From a bacterium (GTDB taxonomy: Bacteria; Patescibacteriota; Minisyncoccia; UBA6257; HR35): a DNA stretch of 64,000 bases. The stretch is taken from contig JBEQAR010000003.1 in assembly GCA_041640295.1 (NCBI GenBank), positions 6,489-70,488 on the forward strand. Reading direction: 5' to 3'. The notes under the pieces are model-generated. The model had not been told where the DNA came from. It did not search any database and saw only the letters and a list, made by a program, of their open reading frames with translations. Position 1 is the stretch's first letter. Every line of letters begins with the position of its first letter. This document shows, piece after piece, positions 8,277 through 17,399 of this stretch. The position numbers and the translations under genes are program-made.

Positions 8277-9380
8277 TTGATTATGTATAACTCTAAAAAT
8301 TTACCTTTAAGCCCAAAGAAAATAATTAAAAAAACAATAGCTAGGTTTTTTCAGCTTTTCCCTGCATTGGTTTTGTTTACAATTATATTACTTGTTCTAA
8401 CTATTTCTTATTTATATAAAGAAGAAACATATAATGAGATACAAAATCAATTTATTGAAAATTTAGCTTTAATAATTGCAGTTCTTATTACGTTTTTAGC
8501 AATAATTGCTATACTCATTTATGAATATTTTTACTATAAGCTTTATTTTTATGAATTTACCGAAGAAAGAGGTGTTGTCAGAAAAGGAGTAATTAGCCAA
8601 GCAACTGGTTATGTTAATTACGATAAATTACAAAATGTTTATGTTGATCAGGACATTTTAGATCGTATTTTCGGTCTTTATGATGTTCATTATGAAACTG
8701 CCGGAGAAACTTCTGGTTTTTATTCCCATGTTGATGGTTTGAATAAAGAAAATGCTGAGAAATTAGTTGCTTTTTTAGAAAAGAAGCTGAGAGATAGGCA
8801 AGGAAAATCAAAAAAAGAAGATGAGGTTATTAAATCAGAAAATTCTGAAATAGAAAGCTTTAAAGAGAAAGTTAACGAGGAAGAAATTTCTATAAATCAA
8901 TATCCACTTTCAAAGTTTGTAGTTATTACCCATTCAATAATTTTTTTTATAAGTGGCACAATTTCTTTATTAATTTTGCTTTTTACTATTTGGGGAGGTA
9001 TATTTTTATTTGGTGGATATTTACTGCGATTGTCTTTTAGTTTATTTTTAATGATTCTTGTGATAAATTTTATTTTAAGTTTAATTGGAGCTCTAATCTG
9101 GTACAAAAATTTTTATTTTCGATTTGATAAAGATAGAGGAGAAATTAGAAGTAAAGTAATTGGACAATCAATTTCTTATCTTTATTATGATAAAATTCAA
9201 AATGTTAATATATCTCAAGGTTTTTTAGGAAGAATTTTGGGAATTTATACGATAATAATCGAAACAGCTGGTGAATCGGCGTGGAATAGGTTAATTATTG
9301 ATGGTCTTACTAAGGAAAGCGCAGAAAAAATTAAAGATTTTCTTTTAAATAAAGCTAAATATTACCGTAATCAATTATAG
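8277..9380 (+). CDS. Membrane protein with two bacterial PH (bPH_2, YdbT-like) domains
   Basis: Two copies of TM-TM-YDK(L/I)QNV...GxYxxxxETAGE...DGLxKExAEK. Confidence 0.8.
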   Translation: MIMYNSKNLPLSPKKIIKKTIARFFQLFPALVLFTIILLVLTISYLYKEETYNEIQNQFIENLALIIAVLITFLAIIAILIYEYFYYKLYFYEFTEERGVVRKGVISQATGYVNYDKLQNVYVDQDILDRIFGLYDVHYETAGETSGFYSHVDGLNKENAEKLVAFLEKKLRDRQGKSKKEDEVIKSENSEIESFKEKVNEEEISINQYPLSKFVVITHSIIFFISGTISLLILLFTIWGGIFLFGGYLLRLSFSLFLMILVINFILSLIGALIWYKNFYFRFDKDRGEIRSKVIGQSISYLYYDKIQNVNISQGFLGRILGIYTIIIETAGESAWNRLIIDGLTKESAEKIKDFLLNKAKYYRNQL

Positions 9381-9781
9381 TTACTATAAGAAGAAAGTAA
9401 TTTATAAGGGTTAATTATTTTAAAAAGCGGAAACATAATAAAAATTTTGATTTTGAAAAATATATCTGAAATTAAAAGTAAAATAAATTAACTTGTTTTT
9501 TCAATAAGAAATTAATTCTATTTCTCTATTAATTTATACTCAACAGCCATCATTGGGTTTAAATGCAGTAATACAGCGAACATATTTAAAGAAATTTATT
9601 TATTAACCTAATCTTATAATTCTAATTTATGTTTAAGAGAAAATTTTGTTATTTCTATTTAGTTAAGAAATTTGTATTTTGAAAGAGGAATGAGATTATT
9701 TAAATGCTTGGTTATTTTTTCTTCCATCCATGTTAATTTTGTGACAAATACCCTTAATCAAAATGTTAGCTATGAATTATT

Positions 9782-10243
9782 TTATACTTGCTCAAGCCCC
9801 AAAACGCCAATAAATGGGTCTTCTTCCTCTAAAAATTTATTGATTCGTTCCCAGAATGTAGTTTTTAGTCTTTTAGGAAAAACTTGTAGATTTTGAATTT
9901 CATCTTTAGTAAACCAGCGAGCTTCCTCAACTAAACCTTCGTGCATCAAATCCTTCCAATTTTTAACCTGGGTTAGCTTGCCATGCGGTTTTCCTAACCA
10001 AAATGTTTCAAAAAATATTGTTGTGCTATTAGGATGGAATTCCTGAAGATATAACAGCCTTATTATTTCTACATCTAAACCTGTTTCTTCCTTAACTTCT
10101 CTTTTGGCTGCTTCGATAATAGTTTCTTTTTTAAATTCCCATTCTCCTCCCGGTGGATACCAGAAATTCATTCCTCTGTTCTTCACTAATAGTATTCTAT
10201 CTTTTGCAAAAATAATTACTCTTGCCAAAATCCTTATTTTCAT
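9782..10243 (-). CDS. NUDIX hydrolase
   Basis: PGG...ETIIEAAKREVKEETGL Nudix box. Confidence 0.92.
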   Translation of the reverse strand: MKIRILARVIIFAKDRILLVKNRGMNFWYPPGGEWEFKKETIIEAAKREVKEETGLDVEIIRLLYLQEFHPNSTTIFFETFWLGKPHGKLTQVKNWKDLMHEGLVEEARWFTKDEIQNLQVFPKRLKTTFWERINKFLEEEDPFIGVLGLEQV

Positions 10244-10875
10244 TATCGTTTTTGTAAATTGGAAATGTATAGAAAATACGGGATGCTGATTGGGGGAATC
10301 CTGGCGCCATCCCTTGAAGTGTTAACCCGCTCCACTTTTACTAAATGAATCAAAGGATACCGAGCTAGTTTTCGTAAATAATACTGTAGATTGTGGTTAA
10401 TTCTATTTATTATATGGATTTTAGCAAATGCGCTTAAATGTCTATTTTTTCTCATAACAAACAGTGTTTTTTTTGATACTTTTTTGTTGATATAAATTAT
10501 ATAAATCGGCATATTGAATTTTCGAATATAATTCCACACATTTTCTACCGATAAAGCTTTAGGCAACTTGGGAAGTACAGCCTTACCAAACGCTATACTA
10601 GATATGGGACTTCTTTCTATAACTACATTACATCCTTTGTTCGCTAAATTAACAGCCCGTTTTATATTTTTAAGATGCTGTTCAAAGTACCATAAAGTCA
10701 GCTTATTTAAATTTTTCTCTTTATACCTTACTCGAATGTAATTAGGTTCTTGTATAAATTTAAATTTAAAATATTTTCTGAGAAATCTGCATAGAGATGA
10801 TTTACCACTACTCCAGATTCTTTCAATAATAAAAATGTTACCAAAAATTTTACAATTTACTAAATCCTTTGCCAT
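10243..10875 (-). CDS. Deoxynucleoside/thymidylate kinase-like P-loop protein with degenerate P-loop; likely start at 10875
   Basis: IIERIWSSGKSSL, FIQEP, VVIERSPIS (dNK-like ERS motif). Confidence 0.55.
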   Translation of the reverse strand: MAKDLVNCKIFGNIFIIERIWSSGKSSLCRFLRKYFKFKFIQEPNYIRVRYKEKNLNKLTLWYFEQHLKNIKRAVNLANKGCNVVIERSPISSIAFGKAVLPKLPKALSVENVWNYIRKFNMPIYIIYINKKVSKKTLFVMRKNRHLSAFAKIHIINRINHNLQYYLRKLARYPLIHLVKVERVNTSRDGARIPPISIPYFLYISNLQKR

Positions 10876-11127
10876 ACATAAATTATAAATTATGAATAAG
10901 GAAATTATTTCAATAGTGAATATCCAAAATGGGAAGTATTCCATCAAAAATATACTATCCTTGCTCTTGAGTAAATCTAAAGATATAATTAAGGTTTCAG
11001 ATTTTTGATGAGTGAAGACAAAATAATAGAGCATTTTCTTCTTAAAAGAAGTGATTGGTGTATAGGTAGGTAATTAAAAAGATGTATAAATAACTAAAGA
11101 GTTAAATTAAATCATAAGTTATAATGA

Positions 11128-11793
11128 TTGCATATGAAACCAATGAACAAAAACAAAGTAATTCAAAAGGTTAAAGAATATGTAAAAAGAGAGTTGAAGG
11201 GAGAACCAACTGGTCATGATTGGTGGCATGCTTTTAGAGTTTGGAAGATGGCTAAAAAGATTGCCAAAAAAGAGGGTGGAAATTTATTTGTAATTGAGTT
11301 AGCGGCTTTATTACATGATATTGCTGATTGGAAATTTTCTGGTAGTCTTAAATCAAGCTCAAAAAAGGCGAGAGAGTTGTTAGAAAAACTGGGAGTTGAT
11401 GAAAAAATTTTAAAAGAAGTATGTTATATAATTGAGAATGTTTCTTTTAAGGGAGCTGGAGTTAAAGATAAAATGGAATCAATAGAAGGTAAAATTGTTC
11501 AAGATGCTGATAGATTAGATGTTATTGGTGCAATCGGCATTGCCAGAGTATTTGCTTATGGTGGATTTATGAGAAGAGAGATTTATAACCCTGAAATAAA
11601 ACCGAAATTTCATAAAACATTTAATGATTATAAAAAGAGTAAAAGTGCTTCAATAAATCATTTTTATGAAAAAATATTACTACTTAAAGATAGATTACAT
11701 ACAAAAACAGCGAAAACAATAGGAGAGAAGCGACACAAATTTTTAAAATTATTTTTAAAACAATTTTTTAGAGAATGGAAGGGTGAATTATAA
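11128..11793 (+). CDS. HD-domain phosphohydrolase (YedJ/YpgQ-like)
   Basis: GHDWWHAFRV, LLHDIAD, VQDADRLD, HFYEK. Confidence 0.9.
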   Translation: MHMKPMNKNKVIQKVKEYVKRELKGEPTGHDWWHAFRVWKMAKKIAKKEGGNLFVIELAALLHDIADWKFSGSLKSSSKKARELLEKLGVDEKILKEVCYIIENVSFKGAGVKDKMESIEGKIVQDADRLDVIGAIGIARVFAYGGFMRREIYNPEIKPKFHKTFNDYKKSKSASINHFYEKILLLKDRLHTKTAKTIGEKRHKFLKLFLKQFFREWKGEL

Positions 11794-11989
11794 TAGCCAG
11801 TTTTTAAATAGATTTAAAAATATAAAGGGAAAAATTAAAAACACATAAGTAAAAATAATTAAATTAATTGATTTATTGCTATTTGCCAAAGTGAAATAAA
11901 AAATTAAAACCAATAATTTACTTGCTCTTAATTCAAATTAAATTAAAATAAAAAAACTACTCTTCTTTAAAATTTTTAGTTTATTTAAA

Positions 11990-12315
11990 TTTAACTCCAA
12001 AATTCTTTTCTTCTATTTGAGATAATTTTAATACCACCTTTAAAGTGTAAGGAAGTAGCTCTTTAAATTTTAATCACCTGTTTCCCAGATACGGGTTTAT
12101 TTATTCTTGAATTCAAAAGTAGTCACTAAAAAAAGCTTGATTAGGTAAAGTCTTTTTAATTTTAGGCTGGTCTTCTAAATATAATTCAACTTCTTCTTTA
12201 ATGTTTTTAGGTTTCCTAAAATTATCTTTCCTTGGTTAATTACTTTTAGCTCAACGCAACAAGCAACAAACTATTTTTTTTCTTTGTTTATAATAGTTGT
12301 AAATCTATAAATCAT
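11990..12315 (-). pseudogene. Decayed hicB-hicA type II toxin-antitoxin pair
   Basis: Manual translation: MIYRFTTIINKEKK*FVACCVELKVINQGK, then frameshifted NIKEEVELYLEDQP (HicB-like); KPVSGKQVIKI and KELLPYTLKVVLKLSQIEE (HicA N- and C-ends, middle missing). Confidence 0.7.
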
Positions 12316-12373
12316 TTTGAGGTTAAATTAACAATCATTATTATTTTATCATAGGTAACTTTATAAAAACATA

Positions 12374-13285
12374 TTGAGAATACTTTATAATTTGATGATT
12401 ATGTTATGGATGGCGCTTTCAATTTCAGCAGCTTTTATTTGGGCAATTGTTAATACTATAGACAAATATGTTCTTACAAATTGGGTTAAAAAACCAATTG
12501 TTTTGGTTATGATTTTAGGAATTAATGGATTGCTTGTGACTATTTTTATTTATTTATTTCATGGTATTTCTCAACTTTCTTATTCAAATATTATTTTAGC
12601 TTTTATTGCTGGAATTTTTTATATTTTAATGAGCGTATTTTATTTTAAAGCAGTTAAAATAGAAGAAATATCAAGAGTTGTTCCTTTGTTTTATTTAAAT
12701 CCATTATTTGTTTTAATTTTCGCAACGATATTTCTTAAAGAAATTTTGACTCCTATAAAATATTTAGGAGTTATTTTTTTAATAATCGGAGCGGTACTTA
12801 TATCTTCAAAAAATTTCATAAAATTTAGAATTGGTAAAGCTTTTTGGTTTATGATGCTTTCTGCTTTAGCTTTATCAATAAGTATTGTGATAACAAAATA
12901 CCTTCTTAATTTTGCTGATTTTTGGACAATATTTTCGTATATAAGTGTCGGAACAATTTTTGCTTTAATTCCGATATTTTATTTTAATTTTTCAGATTTT
13001 GTTTCTGCTATAAAAGATAATAACAAAATAGTAATTATGATAATTTTTTTGAATGAGTTACTAAATGTAATAGGGGTTTTGTTAATCACTATCGCTACAC
13101 AGGTTGGATATGTAACCTTAGTAAATGCTCTTTCTTCAACTCACTCATTTTTTGTTTTATTATTTACAGTTACTTTGAGTATTTTTTATCCTAAAATTTT
13201 AAAAGAAAAAATTAGTAAACCAACCATAATGTTAAAGTTAATAGCTATATTATTAATGTTCATCGGGACGATTTTAATTACTTAA
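12374..13285 (+). CDS. EamA/DMT family transporter
   Basis: About 10 TM segments in two repeats; EISRVVPL, IFLKEIL. Confidence 0.88.
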   Translation: MRILYNLMIMLWMALSISAAFIWAIVNTIDKYVLTNWVKKPIVLVMILGINGLLVTIFIYLFHGISQLSYSNIILAFIAGIFYILMSVFYFKAVKIEEISRVVPLFYLNPLFVLIFATIFLKEILTPIKYLGVIFLIIGAVLISSKNFIKFRIGKAFWFMMLSALALSISIVITKYLLNFADFWTIFSYISVGTIFALIPIFYFNFSDFVSAIKDNNKIVIMIIFLNELLNVIGVLLITIATQVGYVTLVNALSSTHSFFVLLFTVTLSIFYPKILKEKISKPTIMLKLIAILLMFIGTILIT

Positions 13286-13472
13286 TTTTGTTATGCTCAT
13301 GAAGTCAGTGGTTGGGATATTGATAATTAAATCTTTAATCAAGAGGGATTTAAAATTACAAAATAAGCAAAGATTAGAATTTAGAGAATTTTGGTTGATA
13401 GATTATAACAGAGAATATCAGATAAAAAATATAATAATGCTGCATATTAAAGACATTTTTAGAAAAAACTAA

Positions 13473-14018
13473 ATGAGTATAAAAATTACTTATTTTGTTC
13501 ATAGCACAACCATAGATAATGAAAAAGGAATTGCTTTGGGATGGAATGATGTTGAGCTTTCTGAATTAGGAAGAAAACAAGCAAAAGAATTAAAAGAAAT
13601 GATAAAAGATAAAAAATTTGATGTTGTTTTTTGTTCTGATTTGAAACGAGCGGTGGAGTCAGCAAAGTTGATATTTGAAGATAAAATTCCGATAATACCT
13701 GATCGAAGATTAAGAGAAATTAATTATGGCAAATATAATGAACAGTCAACAAAAATCATTGAATCAATACAAGAAAAAATGATTAATGAAAAATTCCCAG
13801 AAGGCGAAAGCTTTGAAAATGTTCAATTAAGAATCGCTGATTTTTTAGATTTTTTAAGGAAAAACTATGATGGTAAAAATATAGCAATAGTAAGTCATAA
13901 GGCTCCTCAATTAGCTTTAGATGTTTTGCTTAAAGGAAAAACATGGGAGCAAGCATTTGCTGAAGATTGGCGTAAAACTAAATCCTGGCAACCAGGCTGG
14001 GAGTATGATTTAAAATAA
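13473..14018 (+). CDS. Histidine phosphatase family protein
   Basis: YFVHST (RHG variant), SDLKRA, LREINYG, GES, VSH. Confidence 0.88.
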   Translation: MSIKITYFVHSTTIDNEKGIALGWNDVELSELGRKQAKELKEMIKDKKFDVVFCSDLKRAVESAKLIFEDKIPIIPDRRLREINYGKYNEQSTKIIESIQEKMINEKFPEGESFENVQLRIADFLDFLRKNYDGKNIAIVSHKAPQLALDVLLKGKTWEQAFAEDWRKTKSWQPGWEYDLK

Positions 14019-14029
14019 ATATAAACAAA

Positions 14030-14953
14030 ATGTTTCAAAATTCTTTTTTATTTAAAAGCTTATCAAGTATTATTAAAATCATTATAAAGATACTTAGGAA
14101 TTGGAATAAAACTATTGTCGGAATTGCTTTAAATTCTTTTGCTATTTATATAACAGTTAAGTTTATCTTTACAGAGATATTCATACCTTTTTATATTATT
14201 CTCGGAATAACAATAACTTCTCTTGTAATTTTTCTTTTAAGTTTCATTATTTTCAAATTTTTCCCTTACAGATTTTTCAATTGGAATCTAAAAGAAATAA
14301 AGAAAATTATAGAGACAAAAAATAATTTAGGTTGGACGTTATTTGTTTTATTTTATATGTCTCCTTTGGCGAATTACTTCATGTCATTTTCTTTAAGTGT
14401 TTTTATTTTTTCCTTTATGAACAGTGGAGTTAAATATTTGTGGGATAACTCTATTTCAGAAGGAAAAATAATTTATGAATACTTAGCTAGTTTTACTCTT
14501 GCTATTCCTATTATTATCTTGTTGCTTATTTTGCTCTTTTTAATATCTGGATTTTTGGCATATGCTATCACTTTAGGTTATGAAAAGATTAGAATGAATC
14601 TGCTGCCTTATTTTATTTACTCTTTTCTTACTGGAAAATCACAGCAAGATAGAGAGAATACAAATAAACAAGAAAATCTAACTTTGCATTATTCTATTTT
14701 TACTGTATTGCTTGTGATTACTGTTATATTTTTTGAGATTAGTGATATAATAGAAATACAAATACTGGAATCACTAAATACCTTAGTGGAAGTTATTGCA
14801 AATTACATTCAGCCATATTTGATTTTGCTTATTAAATTTATTGTAGGTATTATTCCTTTGGGATGGTTTTATGAGTTATTTGTAAGCTCAAGTTGGATTT
14901 CGAAAGAATTGACTATTAACCCTAGCGAAAATTCGGAAAAATTTAAAAATTAA
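14030..14953 (+). CDS. Hypothetical multi-pass membrane protein
   Basis: 307-aa ORF with 6-7 hydrophobic segments; no motif recognised. Confidence 0.6.
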   Translation: MFQNSFLFKSLSSIIKIIIKILRNWNKTIVGIALNSFAIYITVKFIFTEIFIPFYIILGITITSLVIFLLSFIIFKFFPYRFFNWNLKEIKKIIETKNNLGWTLFVLFYMSPLANYFMSFSLSVFIFSFMNSGVKYLWDNSISEGKIIYEYLASFTLAIPIIILLLILLFLISGFLAYAITLGYEKIRMNLLPYFIYSFLTGKSQQDRENTNKQENLTLHYSIFTVLLVITVIFFEISDIIEIQILESLNTLVEVIANYIQPYLILLIKFIVGIIPLGWFYELFVSSSWISKELTINPSENSEKFKN

Positions 14954-15359
14954 AAAACCAATAAGACAAAAAGATAATTTAGGGTGTGGAGCAGCTTGTA
15001 TGGCTTTTATTGTTGGTAAAACTTATGATGAGGTTGTAAATCATCTGGGTAAGCTAAAAGCCAAGAATTCAGGATTTTATTGTCGAGAAATTGTTAGTTA
15101 TTTCAAAAAACTTGGATATTTGGCAGAGTATCATTATTTAAAACCGAAATGGCGAAAGAAAATATACCGCGACAATGTTATTGTTTTTATCAAAAGATCA
15201 AAAAAATATCCATTTGGCCATTATTTAGTTAGGTACAAAAATTTGTGGATGGATCCATGGATTAATTGGGACGAAGATAAAAACATCAAAAATGCTAAAG
15301 CTGGCTTTAGAAAAAAACTACCAGGAAAACCAATTTATGGGATTTTTGTTAAGTGTTAA
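14949..15359 (+). CDS. C39-like (papain-fold) cysteine peptidase; frame extends upstream of the annotated ATG at 15000
   Basis: In-frame upstream IKKPIRQKDNLGCGAAC-MAF supplies Gln and Cys; downstream GHYLV and MDP supply His and Asp. Confidence 0.65.
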   Translation: MKKPIRQKDNLGCGAACMAFIVGKTYDEVVNHLGKLKAKNSGFYCREIVSYFKKLGYLAEYHYLKPKWRKKIYRDNVIVFIKRSKKYPFGHYLVRYKNLWMDPWINWDEDKNIKNAKAGFRKKLPGKPIYGIFVKC

Positions 15360-15376
15360 ATTATAATATTAACTTA

Positions 15377-16060
15377 ATGAAAACAAATTTGTTTGTGATT
15401 TCGTTAGGTGGGAGTTTAGTTGTGCCGAATGAGATTGATTTGAATTTTTTAAAGAAATTTAAAGCTTTTATTTTGAAGCATATTAAAAGAAATAAAAAAT
15501 TTATTATTATAGTTGGTGGAGGAAAAATAGCAAGAAAATATCAACAATCAGCTAAAAAATTAACAAAAGTTTCTAATGAAGATTTAGATTGGTTAGGAAT
15601 TCATGCTACTCGAATTAATGCCCATCTTTTACTTACTATTTTCAGAAATTATGCTTATTATCGAGTTTTAAAAAATCCAAAAGAAAAAGTTAATTTCAAA
15701 GAAAAAATCTTAATTGCAAGTGGTTGGAAGCCTGGATTTAGTACTGATTTTGATGCAGTTTGGTTGGCAAAAACTTATGGTTCAGATACTATTTTAAATT
15801 TAACGGATGTTGATTATGTTTATGATAAAGATCCTTCAAAATTTAAAAATGCTAAAGCTTTCAAAGAAATAACCTGGGATGAGTACCTGAAATTACTTAA
15901 TCAAAAATGGATTCCGGGAATGTCAGCTCCTTTTGATCCTATTGCTTCAAAATTAGCAAAGAAATTTAACTTTAAGTGCGTAATTATTAATGGAAGAAAT
16001 TTAAAAGAATTAGAAAAATTTTTATCAGGTAAAAACCTTAAGGGCACTTTAATTGGTTAA
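15377..16060 (+). CDS. pyrH: UMP kinase, archaeal type
   Basis: VISLGGS, VGGGKIARKYQ, GWKPGFSTDFDA, DYVYDKDP, PFDPIA. Confidence 0.92.
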   Translation: MKTNLFVISLGGSLVVPNEIDLNFLKKFKAFILKHIKRNKKFIIIVGGGKIARKYQQSAKKLTKVSNEDLDWLGIHATRINAHLLLTIFRNYAYYRVLKNPKEKVNFKEKILIASGWKPGFSTDFDAVWLAKTYGSDTILNLTDVDYVYDKDPSKFKNAKAFKEITWDEYLKLLNQKWIPGMSAPFDPIASKLAKKFNFKCVIINGRNLKELEKFLSGKNLKGTLIG

Positions 16061-16304
16061 GCAATTTAATGAATATAACATTATAAGGATATAAAATCTT
16101 GTAGTAAATTGCACAACGCTATCAAGAAATTGAGATTAAAATAGTTTAAAAGTTAAAATATTTATAAGAAAATTTTATTTAAAATAAAATAAATTTTTAA
16201 AGGGTTTTTAAAATAAAAAATTATGAAATAAGATTAAAGCATAATTTGTTTAGTCGAAAAGTTAAATATAATTTTCACATATTTTCTTATTATAAAATTT
16301 AAAA

Positions 16305-17396
16305 ATGTTAAAAGATAATTTAGAAACTAATTTAGATTTATATAATTATTATTTACCACATGAGAATATTGCTCAATCCCCAGTAGTTCCTCGAGATTTT
16401 TCGAAATTAATGATATATAATACCATAGAAGATAAAATCATAATCGATAAGTTTTATAATCTTCATAAATATCTTAATAAAAATTATTTTTTAGTTTTTA
16501 ATGAAACAAAAGTATTGCCAGCTAAAGTTACTCTATTTAAGGAAACGGGGGGTAAAGTTAAAGCTCTTTTTCTTTTAAGTGAAAAAATCGAAGATTTGCA
16601 AAAAAATAAATTAAAAGAAATTAGAGGTATGGTTGATCGAGGTCTTAAAATTGGTGAAAATATTTATTTTGATCTAAAAGATAAAAATAATTATTTGAAA
16701 GTTATAAAGCAAGAAAAAAATATTTTTACTTTTAAAATCAAGAGCAAAAATTTCTTAAAACTTTTAAATCGCTTTGGCGAAGCTCCTTTGCCTCCCTATA
16801 TTAAAAATTCTCCTCTTTCTAGGGAAAAACTAAAAGAAAAATATCAAACAATCTTTGCTAAAAAAATTGGTTCCATTGCGGCGCCTACAGCTTCTTTTCA
16901 TTTTACTCCAAGAGTTTTAAGAAGATTAAAAAATAAAAAAATAAAATATTATTTCGTAACTCTCCATGTCGGTTTAGCTACTTTTACGCCGCTAAAAGAA
17001 GAATATATCAAAACTAAAAAGTTACCACCAGAATACTGGGAAATTGACATTGAGGTGTACGAAAAAATTAAAAAACTAAAACAAGAAGGAAAAAAAATGA
17101 TTGCTGTTGGAACAACAACGACGAGGATGTTAGAATCGTTAGTTAGATTTAAAAAGAAAAGAAAGAATAATAAAATTTACGGAACAACAAAGCTTTTTAT
17201 TATGCCACCTTTTAAATTTAAAATGGTTGATGCTCTTATTACTAATTTCCATTTGCCCAGAAGTTCATTAATGATGCTAGTTGAAGCTTTTCTTAATTTT
17301 AAAAATTCTAAAAAACACCTTAAGGAACTTTATCAAATAGCCATAGATAAAAATTTTAGATTTTATTCATTTGGTGATGCAATGTTAATCATTTAA
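16305..17396 (+). CDS. queA: S-adenosylmethionine:tRNA ribosyltransferase-isomerase
   Basis: PLPPYI, YQTIFA, GSIAAPTA, TLHVG, TNFHLPRSSL, FRFYSFGDAM. Confidence 0.96.
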   Translation: MLKDNLETNLDLYNYYLPHENIAQSPVVPRDFSKLMIYNTIEDKIIIDKFYNLHKYLNKNYFLVFNETKVLPAKVTLFKETGGKVKALFLLSEKIEDLQKNKLKEIRGMVDRGLKIGENIYFDLKDKNNYLKVIKQEKNIFTFKIKSKNFLKLLNRFGEAPLPPYIKNSPLSREKLKEKYQTIFAKKIGSIAAPTASFHFTPRVLRRLKNKKIKYYFVTLHVGLATFTPLKEEYIKTKKLPPEYWEIDIEVYEKIKKLKQEGKKMIAVGTTTTRMLESLVRFKKKRKNNKIYGTTKLFIMPPFKFKMVDALITNFHLPRSSLMMLVEAFLNFKNSKKHLKELYQIAIDKNFRFYSFGDAMLII

Positions 17397-17399
17397 AAA

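Noticed and set aside
10280-10313. GC-rich GGGATG/CATCCC inverted repeat at the end of the kinase-like ORF
   Set aside because: Only a 6-bp stem with no similarity to the other hairpin elements; could be chance.
10876-11034. Long hydrophobic N-terminus of the kinase-like ORF
   Set aside because: P-loop kinases have the motif near the start; this is probably non-coding read-through.
12271-12273. Stop-codon recoding suggested by TAG at a Trp position in hicB
   Set aside because: Frameshifts nearby show decay; TAG and TGA serve as normal stops elsewhere (e.g. pnp ends in TGA), so code 11 applies.
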